Assembly (NCBI RefSeq): GCF_013149785.1
Contig: NZ_JABEZU010000004.1
Coordinates: 434,001 to 479,066, forward strand
Source: Isoptericola halotolerans
GTDB taxonomy: Bacteria; Actinomycetota; Actinomycetes; Actinomycetales; Cellulomonadaceae
Length of the DNA: 45,066 bases
Direction: 5' to 3'
Made by a program: the position numbers and the translations under genes. Positions 1 to 8,899 of this stretch are shown in pieces. The notes under the pieces are model-generated. The model made no database searches, had not been told where the DNA came from, and was given only the letters and a program-made list of their open reading frames with translations. Each line of letters starts with the position of its first letter. Position 1 is the stretch's first letter.

Positions 1-6
1 CCGTCC

Positions 7-68
7 GGTCGGCACGTTCAGCTCCGATCGGTCGCTCCAGCTGCCGATCGGAGCTGAAAGTGCCGACC
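7..68. repeat. REP-like palindrome, copy A (25-bp arms, 12-nt loop)
   Basis: GGTCGGCACGTTCAGCTCCGATCGG (7-31) pairs with CCGATCGGAGCTGAAAGTGCCGACC (44-68) at 24/25; homologous to 1158-1229. Confidence 0.85.
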
Positions 69-129
69 CGACGAGGGGCCTGTGGACGGCGTCGGCGGCA
101 GACGACGGCGCCGGGCCATGCTGGCCGGC

Positions 130-1146
130 ATGAGCACGTCCGAGATCCTCGTCGCCCGTGACCACGACGCCGCACTGCTGCGGGCCGCGCGCCGTCGAGG
201 AGAGATCGAGCGGGTCAGGCGCGGTGCCTACCGTGCCGTGCCCGACGGCGGGACACGGCCCGGCGATGTCCCGCCCGGAGGCGGTGATGGTCTTGACGGC
301 AGAGGGGCCGCCGGGGGTAGGTCATACCGTGCGGGGTGGTCGGCCGCGCGGGGCCTCGCCCTCGACCGGGCGCGAGCGGTCAGCGCTCAGCTGCGCGCGG
401 TGCACTGGTGCAGCCATGCGACGGCGGCGATGCTCCATGACCTGCCGTTGTGGCGGCTGCCCTCGGCGGTGCACCTGGTGCAGGGGTACCGGGCGTCGTC
501 CCGTGCGGCCGTGGACGTCCGGCGGCACCTCCTCGAGGTGCCGCCGGAGCACCGGACCCGGGTGCTCGACCTGCCGGCGACGACGTTGGCCCGGACGGTC
601 GCGGACTGCGTGACCACGTTGCCGCCGCTCGAAGGGCTCGTCGTCGCCGATGCCGCGCTGGCCCGGGGTCTCGACGCGGAGGAGTCGGTCGCGATCGTGC
701 AGGGCCGCCGCCAGGGTCGTCGTCGGGGCCTGCTGGTGCTGGGTCTCGCGGACCCAGGAGCGGAGAGCCCGTGGGAGACCTGGTTGCGCTACGTCGCGCA
801 CTGGACCGGGCTGCCGCGCCCACGGACGCAGGTCCCCGTGGAGACCCGCCTCGGCCGTCACCGCGTGGACCTGGGCTGGCCCGACCACGGTGTGCTGGCC
901 GAGTTCGACGGGCTCGTAAAGTACAGGGCCGGTGCCTTCGGCGAGGCCTACGACCCCGAGCGCGCGCTCGTCGCCGAGAAACGCCGGGAGGACGCGATCG
1001 CGGAGCAGACCGGCTGCCGGCCCCTGCGTGTGACCTCGAAGGATGCCGCACGTCCGGAGTCGGTGTCACACCGGCTGCTCGCACGGTTCCCCGCGGACGT
1101 GCGGCGGGCCGTCCGACGGCCTGCGTTGCTCACGCGGCCGACGTGA
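130..1146 (+). CDS. AbiEi-like HTH / DUF559-like (PD-(D/E)XK-type) protein
   Basis: N-terminal 'GEIERVRRGAY', central 'SHATAAMLHDLP' and 'TTLARTVAD', C-terminal 'AESPWET..R', 'RVDLGWP', 'EFDG..KY'; start uncertain (82, 118 or 130). Confidence 0.75.
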   Translation: MSTSEILVARDHDAALLRAARRRGEIERVRRGAYRAVPDGGTRPGDVPPGGGDGLDGRGAAGGRSYRAGWSAARGLALDRARAVSAQLRAVHWCSHATAAMLHDLPLWRLPSAVHLVQGYRASSRAAVDVRRHLLEVPPEHRTRVLDLPATTLARTVADCVTTLPPLEGLVVADAALARGLDAEESVAIVQGRRQGRRRGLLVLGLADPGAESPWETWLRYVAHWTGLPRPRTQVPVETRLGRHRVDLGWPDHGVLAEFDGLVKYRAGAFGEAYDPERALVAEKRREDAIAEQTGCRPLRVTSKDAARPESVSHRLLARFPADVRRAVRRPALLTRPT

Positions 1147-1157
1147 CGCCGTCGGGC

Positions 1158-1229
1158 GCTGCGGTCGGTACCTCCAGCTCCACTCGGCCGCTGCAGGTAC
1201 CGATCGGAGCCGGACGTGCCGACCGCAGC
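1158..1229. repeat. REP-like palindrome, copy B
   Basis: 30-bp arms (1158-1187 / 1200-1229, 5 mismatches), 12-nt loop CCGCTGCAGGTA similar to the copy A loop TCGCTCCAGCTG; may also act as terminator between convergent genes. Confidence 0.8.
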
Positions 1230-1252
1230 TTGAGCGGCGGGTCGGTGCGGGC

Positions 1253-2566
1253 TCAGGTGCCCGTGACCATCCACCGGTCACCGCGGGCGCGCAACCCCGT
1301 GGTGAGCGCCCGGGCCAGCATGAAGACGCCGGCGAAGGACGCCCACAGCCAGGCCAGCCCGACCGGTCCCTCGGGCGCCCAGGCGCGGACCGCCAGCACG
1401 CACGGCACGTACAGCACCAGGGTGAGCATCCCCGCCCAGGCCAGGAAGCGACCGTCGCCCGCACCGATGAGGACGCCGTCGAGCACGAAGACCCAGCCGG
1501 CCATCGGCATGAACACGCCGCACGCCACGAGCCCCACGGTGATCGCGACACGCACGTCGGGGTCGGAGGAGAACAGCGGGGCGATCCACCAGCCCGACAC
1601 CGCGAACAGCACGCCGATCACGGCCCCGGCGCCCACACCCCACTGCAGGCAGCGGCGCAGCACGGCCCGTACCCGCTCCAGGTCGCCCGACCCGAGCCCG
1701 AAGCCCACCAGCGCCTGCGCGGCGATGGCCAGCGCGTCGAGCGCGAACGCCGCCAGTCCCCACAGGCTGTTGACGACCTGGTGCCCGGCCAGCGTGACGG
1801 CACCGAGCGAGGTCGCGGTCCACACCGTCAGCAGGATCGCGAGACGCAGGGAGACCGTGCGGACGAGCAGCGGTGCACCGGCGACGGCGTTGGCCCAGAT
1901 GCCCGCGTGGTGCGGCCGCAGCGACGCGTGGCGAGCGCGTGCCCCGGCGACCACGACGGCGGCGAGCACCACCGCCATCAGCAGCTGCGCCGTCGTCGTC
2001 GCCAGGGCTGAACCCGCGATCCCCATCCCCAGGCCGTAGACCAGCGCCACCGAACCGACGGCGTTGAACACCGCACCGCCCGACGCGACCCACAGGGGAG
2101 TGCGGGTGTCCTGCAGGCCGCGCAGCACGCCGGTCGTGGCCAGGACGAGGAGCATCCCCGGCAGCCCGGGGGCGGACCAGCGCAGGTAGGTCGTCGCGTG
2201 GGCGGCGACGTCGCCGGACGCGCCCAGGGCGGTGACGGCCCACGGCGCGGTCGTCCACAGGAGTGCGGCGAGGGCGATGCCGAGGCCGAGCGCGAGCCAC
2301 ATGCCGTCGACGCCGGACTGGAGGGCCTGGCGGTCCTGCCCGGCTCCGAGGCGACGGGCGACGGCGGCGGTGGTCGCGTAGGCGAGGAAGACGCACAGCC
2401 CGACCAGGGTGATGAGGACGGTCGAGGCGAGCGAGAGCCCGGCGAGCTGAGGGGTGCCGAGATGCCCGACGACGGCGCTGTCGACGAGCACGAACAACGG
2501 CTCGGCGACGAGCGCGCCGAGGGCCGGCAGGGCGAGCGCGAGGATCTCGCGGTCGATGCGGCGCAA
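1253..2566 (-). CDS. MATE family efflux transporter (DinF-like)
   Basis: 'DREILALALPALGALVAEPLFVLVDSAVVGHLG', 'GVLRGLQDTRTPL', about 12 TM segments; TTG start at 2566 chosen (ORF extends to 2680). Confidence 0.9.
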   Translation of the reverse strand: MRRIDREILALALPALGALVAEPLFVLVDSAVVGHLGTPQLAGLSLASTVLITLVGLCVFLAYATTAAVARRLGAGQDRQALQSGVDGMWLALGLGIALAALLWTTAPWAVTALGASGDVAAHATTYLRWSAPGLPGMLLVLATTGVLRGLQDTRTPLWVASGGAVFNAVGSVALVYGLGMGIAGSALATTTAQLLMAVVLAAVVVAGARARHASLRPHHAGIWANAVAGAPLLVRTVSLRLAILLTVWTATSLGAVTLAGHQVVNSLWGLAAFALDALAIAAQALVGFGLGSGDLERVRAVLRRCLQWGVGAGAVIGVLFAVSGWWIAPLFSSDPDVRVAITVGLVACGVFMPMAGWVFVLDGVLIGAGDGRFLAWAGMLTLVLYVPCVLAVRAWAPEGPVGLAWLWASFAGVFMLARALTTGLRARGDRWMVTGT

Positions 2567-2583
2567 CTCACCACACCTTTCTT

Positions 2584-2733
2584 CTCTCCACAGGCTGGGT
2601 ACGACGTCGGTGCAGGTCAGTGACCGATCCTGAGTTGTACACAGGAGATGTCCCCAGTTGTGCACAGGGTTGTCCACCATCGGTGCACAGGTCTGGGCAG
2701 TCTTCCACAGCCCTTTCCACAGTTGTGTCCACA
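2584..2733 (+). promoter_or_regulatory. Cluster of ~9 co-oriented DnaA-box-like 9-mers
   Basis: CTCTCCACA 2584, TTGTACACA 2635, ATGTCCCCA 2648, TTGTGCACA 2658, TTGTCCACC 2670, CGGTGCACA 2681, TCTTCCACA 2701, CTTTCCACA 2713, GTGTCCACA 2725, versus actinobacterial consensus TTGTCCACA. Confidence 0.8.
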
Positions 2734-2778
2734 GCGTCTTTTGCGCGCGGTCCCGGGCGCGCCTAGCGTCGTCCCGGG

Positions 2779-2800
2779 TGTCAGAGGGGGACTGTAGAAC
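2779..2800 (+). promoter_or_regulatory. Possible PafBC/RecA-NDp-type promoter of dnaB
   Basis: TGTCAG-N10-TAGAAC; lacks the final T of TANNNT. Confidence 0.4.
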
Positions 2801-2872
2801 AAGGTCCTGAGGACCGGTCGATCTGCCCGGGTCGGACGTGGTGCCGGTGTGAGAGCCGGGGGAGGTGGAGAC

Positions 2873-5467
2873 ATGTCGATCGAGGAGCTCGAAGCGGGCT
2901 ACGCACCGTCACGAGGAGGCTTCGACCGCACCCCTCCGCAGGACGTCGACGCCGAGATGAGCGTGCTCGGCGGCATGCTGCTGTCCAAGGACGCGATCGC
3001 CGACGTCATCGAGCAGATCCGCGGTGTCGACTTCTACCGCCCCGCGCACGAGGCGATCTACGACGCGATCATCGACCTGTACGGGCGCGGCGAGCCGGCC
3101 GACGCGATCACCGTGGTCGCCGAGCTGACCAAGCGCGGCGAGATCGGGCGGATCGGTGGCGCCTCCTACATCCACGACCTCATGGCCGGCGTGCCCACGG
3201 CCGCCAACGCCGGGTACTACGCGCGCATCGTGCACGAGCGGGCCGTGCTGCGCCGGCTGGTCGAGGCCGGCACCAAGATCGTCCAGCTCGGGTACGCGAC
3301 CGACGGCGGCGACGTCGACACGGTCGTCAACAACGCCCAGGCCGAGATCTACGCCGTCACCGAGCGCAGGACCTCCGAGGACTACGCGCCGCTCGCCGAC
3401 ATCATCGGCGGCGCGATGGACGAGATCGAGGCCGCAGGCAACCGCGGCGAGGGCATGACCGGAGTCCCGACCGGGTTCGCCGACCTCGACCGGCTGACCA
3501 ACGGCCTGCACCCCGGGCAGATGATCGTGGTCGCGGCGCGTCCGGCCATGGGCAAGGCGCTCGCTCTGGACACCCCGCTGCCGACGCCGACCGGCTGGAC
3601 CACGATGGGCGACGTCGCCGTCGGGGACGAGCTGATCGCGGCCGACGGGACACCGACGCGGGTCGTACGCGCGACCGAGGTCATGACCGGCCGACCCTGC
3701 TACGAGGTCGTGTTCGACGACGGCACGACGATCGTCGCGGACGCCTGGCACGAGTGGGCGACCAGCACCCGAGCTCAGCGCCGGAAGGTGCGTGCGGGAA
3801 CGACGCCTGAGAGCACGATCCACACGACCGAGGAGATTCTTGCGTCGCTCCGTTGCGCAACGGCTGACGGACGTGCGAATCACTCTGTTGCCACGACAGC
3901 TCCACTGCAGTTCCCTGAGGCCGACCTGCCTCTGGATCCATACGTACTCGGGGTGTGGCTGGGCGACGGACACGCTGCGTCCGCGAGGTTTACCTCGGAG
4001 GACCCCGAGATCGCGATGCGGATTGAAGGTCTCGGGTATGTGGTCGGGGAGCGCAAGAGCTCACCTGGCGCAGCCCGGCTGTACCAGATTCAGCTCCATG
4101 CGGACGAGCCGAACGCTGAACGGGCATGCGTAGTCTGCGGAGCGACATTCCTTCCGCGGACGTCGCAGGTCAAGACCTGCGGTCGTTCGTGCGGGGGTCG
4201 AGCTAAGACGGTTTCGGCGCCGACCGCGCCACCCACGTGTCCTGATTGCGGAGGACGGAGCTCCGGTCACCGACGATGCATGGAGTGCCACCAGGGACGA
4301 GGGTCGGTTGCCGGGATCCTTCGCGCGCTCGGTGTGCTCGGAAGCAAGCACATTCCGAACGCCTACCTGCGGGCGTCCGAGGCGCAGCGCAGAGCGCTGC
4401 TCGCCGGCCTGCTCGACACGGACGGCACGGTGAACCGGACCGGCAGTCCTCAGATCGCACTCACTGACCGACGCCTTGCCGAGAATGTGCGCGAACTTAT
4501 CCACAGCCTGGGTTATCGCACTGGCTGGTGGGAGAAGAAGGTGGCAGGGCGGCGAGCGGAATCTTCTACGGCGTTCACTGTCACCTTCACAACCCATGAC
4601 AATGTGTTCCATCTTGAGAGAAAGCGCTTGGTCCACAAGGAGCGTCGCCGCCACCCGACAGCCAAGCTCACGTCGCGCTTTGTTGTCGATGTTCGCCCGC
4701 TGCCGTCCGTCGCCGTGCGCTGTGTCGAGGTCGATCACCCCGACCATCTTTACCTCGCATCGCCGTCGATGATCCCGACCCACAACTCAACGCTAGCCAT
4801 CGATATTGCACGGTCTGCGTCGATCAAGCACCAGAAGACGTCCGTGGTGTTCTCGCTCGAGATGAGCCGCAACGAGATCACGATGCGACTGCTGTCCGCC
4901 GAGGCGCGGGTGCACCTGCAGAAGCTGCGCAACGGCTCGCTCGGTGATGACGACTGGCAGAAGCTCGCCAAGGTCATGGGCAAGGTGTCCGAGGCGCCGC
5001 TGTTCATCGACGACTCGCCGAACATGTCGCTGACCGAGATCCGTGCCAAGTGTCGGCGCCTCAAGCAGAAGCACGACCTCGAGCTCGTGGTCATCGACTA
5101 CCTGCAGCTCATGACGTCCGGCAAGAAGGTCGAGTCCCGTCAGCAGGAGGTCTCCGAGTTCTCGCGTGCGCTGAAGCTGCTGGCCAAGGAGATCGAGGTC
5201 CCGGTCATCGCGCTGTCGCAGCTGAACCGTGGACCGGAACAGCGACAGGACAAGAAGCCGGCGATGTCGGACCTTCGCGAGTCGGGCTCTATCGAACAAG
5301 ATGCTGACATGGTTATCCTTCTTCATCGCGAGGATGCTTATGAGAAGGAGTCTCCTCGTGCGGGTGAGGCCGACTTGATTGTTGCCAAGCACCGAAACGG
5401 CCCGACAGATACGATTACGGTTGCATTCCAGGGCCATTATTCGCGGTTCGTGGATATGCAGGTGTAA
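2873..5467 (+). CDS. dnaB: Replicative DNA helicase DnaB, intein-containing
   Basis: 'PPQDVDAEMSVLGGMLL', Walker A 'AARPAMGK/ST' split by intein, 'VIDYLQLM', 'LSQLNR', 'DLRESGSIEQDAD', 'KHRNGPT'; RBS GGAGG before ATG 2873. Confidence 0.97.
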   Translation: MSIEELEAGYAPSRGGFDRTPPQDVDAEMSVLGGMLLSKDAIADVIEQIRGVDFYRPAHEAIYDAIIDLYGRGEPADAITVVAELTKRGEIGRIGGASYIHDLMAGVPTAANAGYYARIVHERAVLRRLVEAGTKIVQLGYATDGGDVDTVVNNAQAEIYAVTERRTSEDYAPLADIIGGAMDEIEAAGNRGEGMTGVPTGFADLDRLTNGLHPGQMIVVAARPAMGKALALDTPLPTPTGWTTMGDVAVGDELIAADGTPTRVVRATEVMTGRPCYEVVFDDGTTIVADAWHEWATSTRAQRRKVRAGTTPESTIHTTEEILASLRCATADGRANHSVATTAPLQFPEADLPLDPYVLGVWLGDGHAASARFTSEDPEIAMRIEGLGYVVGERKSSPGAARLYQIQLHADEPNAERACVVCGATFLPRTSQVKTCGRSCGGRAKTVSAPTAPPTCPDCGGRSSGHRRCMECHQGRGSVAGILRALGVLGSKHIPNAYLRASEAQRRALLAGLLDTDGTVNRTGSPQIALTDRRLAENVRELIHSLGYRTGWWEKKVAGRRAESSTAFTVTFTTHDNVFHLERKRLVHKERRRHPTAKLTSRFVVDVRPLPSVAVRCVEVDHPDHLYLASPSMIPTHNSTLAIDIARSASIKHQKTSVVFSLEMSRNEITMRLLSAEARVHLQKLRNGSLGDDDWQKLAKVMGKVSEAPLFIDDSPNMSLTEIRAKCRRLKQKHDLELVVIDYLQLMTSGKKVESRQQEVSEFSRALKLLAKEIEVPVIALSQLNRGPEQRQDKKPAMSDLRESGSIEQDADMVILLHREDAYEKESPRAGEADLIVAKHRNGPTDTITVAFQGHYSRFVDMQV
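3557..4786 (+). mobile_element. Class 3 (Ala1) intein in DnaB P-loop with LAGLIDADG homing endonuclease and Cys-rich insert, 410 aa
   Basis: Starts 'ALALDTPLPTPTGWTTMG' after GK, ends 'PTHN/S'; W-C-T signature (HEW, VRCVEV, THN); DOD motifs 'YVLGVWLGDG' and 'LLAGLLDTDG'. Confidence 0.93.
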
Positions 5468-5552
5468 GATGCGTTGTCTGTCGACGTGTAGGCCCCATTC
5501 GCCGAGCTGAACGCAAGAAGACCCCAGGAAGACCCGACCCGGACACTGCAGC

Positions 5553-6066
5553 GTGAACCACCCGGCTCACGAACCGGAACGCCGCCTCGATCCGGCGCCG
5601 CTGCTGATCCTTGACCCCGACGCGTTATCAGCCCCTACGGCATCGAGCCCCGCGACGGCCTACAGCTCGCGCGTGCCGGCGGCTACGGGCTGCTCTACCG
5701 TCCCGACGTGATCGAAGCCCTCACGAGATCCACCGCAACGGCGTCATCGACCTGCGATGGCTCACCAGCTGGGGCAACGACGCCCGCACTCACGTCGCAC
5801 CCACCCTCGGCCTGGCCGACTTCCTGCACCTCGACACCCTCGACCAGACGCACACGATGGACGCATCCCTGAAGTTCGACGCCATCCGACGCCACATCGA
5901 CACTGGCCGACGGTTCGCCTGGATCGACGACGACATCACTCCACCCGAACAACGCCGGCTCACGATGATCTACGGCTCAAACTGCCTGCTCCTGCGGCCG
6001 TCCTCGACCGTCGGAGTAGCCGCCGGCGACATCGCCGCCGTGCGGGACTTCCTGACGGCGCCATGA
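5553..6066 (+). pseudogene. HAD-family phosphatase (phage/MGE 'Swiss army knife' type), two frameshifts
   Basis: From GTG 5553 'LLILDPD'; restoring a base near 5622 gives 'DPDGVISPYG'; second shift near 5722; downstream 'WLTSW', 'KFDAI', 'FAWIDDD'. Confidence 0.65.
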
Positions 6067-6614
6067 TCACAGCACCCGGCCCATACCCGCCCCGGCCGAC
6101 CCAGAGCCTGACCGTGGCGTTGTGGGCCGAGCTCGTCCTCGGCCCACCGGCGCCGATCCAGCGGGGATTGCACCGGTACGCAGCCTGTGGCGGCGACCCA
6201 CGGTTCGGCGACGGTGACGAGGCCGCAGACCTTGAGGCTCAACGCGAGATCTGCTCCGAATGCCCAGTAGCGGCCAGCTGCCTGCGCGAAGCCCTCGAGA
6301 CCGAGGAGTCCCGCTACGTCATCGCCGCCGAGATGCGCGCCGGACTGACCGCGCGACAACGAGACCGCCTACGCCGAGCACGGCGCCGTAGCCACTCCCG
6401 CGCGCTGGCCCCGCCAAAGCTCCCGGAACTCTCTGCAGCGAGCAGAAGCAGCTTCCTCGAGGCCGTCACCCAGGCCATCGACGACGGCAAGACGTACTCC
6501 GACGCGGTGCACACCCTCGGATACTCAGGGCGCGAAGGCCAGCTCTACCGGCGCCTCTGGCGCGCGAACCGCCTCGACCTGCACAGGCTGCTCCGCAGCA
6601 ATCGAGACTCGTAG
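6063..6614 (+). CDS. WhiB-family Fe-S transcription factor with C-terminal extension
   Basis: 'AAC...ICSECPVAASCLREAL...AGLTARQR' four-Cys pattern; ATGA overlap with the upstream stop. Confidence 0.75.
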   Translation: MITAPGPYPPRPTQSLTVALWAELVLGPPAPIQRGLHRYAACGGDPRFGDGDEAADLEAQREICSECPVAASCLREALETEESRYVIAAEMRAGLTARQRDRLRRARRRSHSRALAPPKLPELSAASRSSFLEAVTQAIDDGKTYSDAVHTLGYSGREGQLYRRLWRANRLDLHRLLRSNRDS

Positions 6615-6726
6615 TGGCTGAGCAGCGTCTAGCGGCCAAGCCAAGCGGCCGTGACAGACCGCAACCCGCGGCTGCCTTGCTGAAGAGCAAACCGTGGATC
6701 CCTACCATCGCCTGCGGGGACCAATA

Positions 6727-6746
6727 GTAACGCTAGGCGTTACAAT
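6727..6746 (+). promoter_or_regulatory. Inverted-repeat operator overlapping a leaderless -10 box
   Basis: GTAACGC-TAG-GCGTTAC (6727-6743); TACAAT at 6741-6746, 6 nt before ATG 6753. Confidence 0.65.
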
Positions 6747-6752
6747 CGATCC

Positions 6753-7390
6753 ATGAGTGGCGTTGCGGGACGGGTCGCGGTCGCGAGGATCGCGGCCGGC
6801 CAGTGGGGCCTGCTCACCACGGCGCAGGCGACGGCGGCCGGCGTGTCGCGAATGATGCTCTCGCGAATGGCCGAGTGGGGTGAGCTGGAGCGGGTCATGC
6901 ACGGCGTGTACGCCACGCCGGCAGCGGTGGGGATGAGCTACTGGAGAAGCGCGCCGTATGGCTGTCGCTGGAACCCAGCCGACTCGCGTACGAGCGCCTG
7001 GCCGACACCCCGCAGGCTGGGGTCCTCTCGCACGCCACAGCAGCAGCACTTCACCACGCAGGGGACATACTCGATCGACAGGTCGAGGTGACACTGCCTT
7101 CTCGGTACCGGGCTCGACGCCCTGAAGTGCGAGCTCATCGCGGACGACTGCGCCGCGACGAGGTCACCCTGGTCGAGGGCCTTCCCGTCACGACGCCCGC
7201 GCGCACGGTGGCCGACCTGCTCGCCGACGATCACGACCGCGCCCACGTCGCCACAGTCGCAGCAGACATGCTCAAACGCGGCATCGTGACGGTGACTGAG
7301 CTCGACGGAACCCTCGACGAGATCACCCTGGAATGGGGGATAGGACGACTGGCGCCCGTGTCAGCGGCGCGGCCTAGCGTGCGGACATGA
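6753..7390 (+). pseudogene. Type IV TA AbiEi-family antitoxin, frameshifted near 6930
   Basis: 'AAGQWGLLTTAQA..GELERVMHGVY' then in another frame 'AVWLSLEP..VLSHATAAALH..VEGLPVTTPARTVADL'; no AbiEii toxin follows. Confidence 0.75.
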
Positions 7391-7794
7391 GACTTCGCCG
7401 GTGCACCTACTGTGAGAGCCAGGTCGACGTCGATGCTGGTCCCCACATCCACGACCCGAAGGAGTGTCAGGACTGCGGGGACGTGTTGCTCGCGTCTTCG
7501 TTCCCCCGTCATCCGTCGAGTCTTGACGGACGACGGCACCAGTGCGCGCGCTGCATCCGCCTGGCCCGCGATGTCGAGGCCGTGCAAGAGCACGTCCTCG
7601 ACCAGGGAGAGCGCAAGAGGGAGAACGACCTGCTCCGCGAGCATGGATACGCGTGGCGGATCGGCAAGGACCGGGACCTGATCCTGTTGTCTCCATCTGG
7701 AACATGGGTCGACCGATCTCGCGCGTTGATCGAGGTCGGGGAACGGAGCGACGAACCGCAGTGGGTGGAGACGCATCCGCTCGACGAGTGGTAA
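7387..7794 (+). CDS. Hypothetical protein with three CxxC pairs
   Basis: CTYC, CQDC, CARC; ATGA overlap with upstream stop. Confidence 0.55.
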   Translation: MRLRRCTYCESQVDVDAGPHIHDPKECQDCGDVLLASSFPRHPSSLDGRRHQCARCIRLARDVEAVQEHVLDQGERKRENDLLREHGYAWRIGKDRDLILLSPSGTWVDRSRALIEVGERSDEPQWVETHPLDEW

Positions 7795-7931
7795 CCCCGT
7801 AGGGACCACGGCACGGTCGGATGTCACCTGGCAGCGCAAAGCAGCCCAGGCGCCCCAGGTCAGTTGTCACCCACCCATCCAGCGAGCTCTCGACTCGGAA
7901 GGCGTGCCCAAGGCGGACATGATTTGGGAGG

Positions 7932-8804
7932 ATGCGACACGTGGCAAGCGAACATGTGAAGGTGGCGGTCGATGGGGACGACATGGTCCTTTGGAAGGAG
8001 GCCGCGACGCGGGTGCGGCTAGCTCAGGCCACGTTGGATCAGCTCGGGGACCCGGCTCCCGGAAGTGGACTTGCCCAGGATGACATGCGCTGCAACGGCC
8101 CATACATCTCCGACTCGGTCAGGGGCCATCTTGATGCTGCGCTCGACAACCTGACTTTGTGGGCGAACGTGGTGGCGCCGAGGGTGTTCATCAAGGACGT
8201 GCCAGTCGAGAACCCTCCCCGCCCGTACTTCACGCTCGCGCGTGCTGGGTTGGAGTCGGCAGCTCAAGCGGTCTGGCTCCTTAGCCCTCAAGAGCAGGAT
8301 GAGCGCATTGCCCGGCATCTGAGGCTGGCGGTCAACGACCTCGAGGAGATGCGCCGTACCGCCCGGCTCGTCGATTCAAGCGCCGAGGAGGCTGTCAAGG
8401 AAAGGATCGTGGCTGTTCGAGACACGGCTGGGGGGCCAATCAAGGTGGCACCGAACTATCTCGACATGGTGCGCGCCGCTGCGAACCTCGGTGGCCTTGA
8501 GCCCGACGACGCTGAAGCGCTGTGGCGGACCGCGTCGGCCGCGGCCCACGGCAAACTCTGGTTCCTTGAAGCCACCTACAGCACCGACCTCGGCGAGGAG
8601 TTCTCGGCGGGCCGGTTCCGAGCGGTACGGCGACCCGATGCCGGAACGATCTCCACCGTGGTCACACTGGCCACGGAGGTCACCGAGCGTGCCGTCGTCC
8701 GATACGCGCTGATGCTGGGCGCCCCGTTGGAAAGGATCACCCAGCGCGCGGTCGAGCAATTGAGGAAGAACCTGCCCCGGACCGTGACTCCAGCACCAGA
8801 GTGA
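7932..8804 (+). CDS. Hypothetical all-helical protein, possible HEPN/DUF5677-like
   Basis: 'LARAGLESAAQAVWLL' and 'WRTASAAAHG' (R-x6-H); RBS GGGAGG. Confidence 0.55.
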   Translation: MRHVASEHVKVAVDGDDMVLWKEAATRVRLAQATLDQLGDPAPGSGLAQDDMRCNGPYISDSVRGHLDAALDNLTLWANVVAPRVFIKDVPVENPPRPYFTLARAGLESAAQAVWLLSPQEQDERIARHLRLAVNDLEEMRRTARLVDSSAEEAVKERIVAVRDTAGGPIKVAPNYLDMVRAAANLGGLEPDDAEALWRTASAAAHGKLWFLEATYSTDLGEEFSAGRFRAVRRPDAGTISTVVTLATEVTERAVVRYALMLGAPLERITQRAVEQLRKNLPRTVTPAPE

Positions 8805-8899
8805 CCCGGTCCGGTACGGGAACCACGCTCATTGAGCATGCCGGCGCCATGGACGCGGAAGCGATGAGTCGGAGGTTCACGTGGCTGCCATCGAACTCG

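Noticed and set aside
2584..2733. DnaA-box cluster as oriC
   Set aside because: No dnaA/dnaN adjacent and no AT-rich unwinding element visible.
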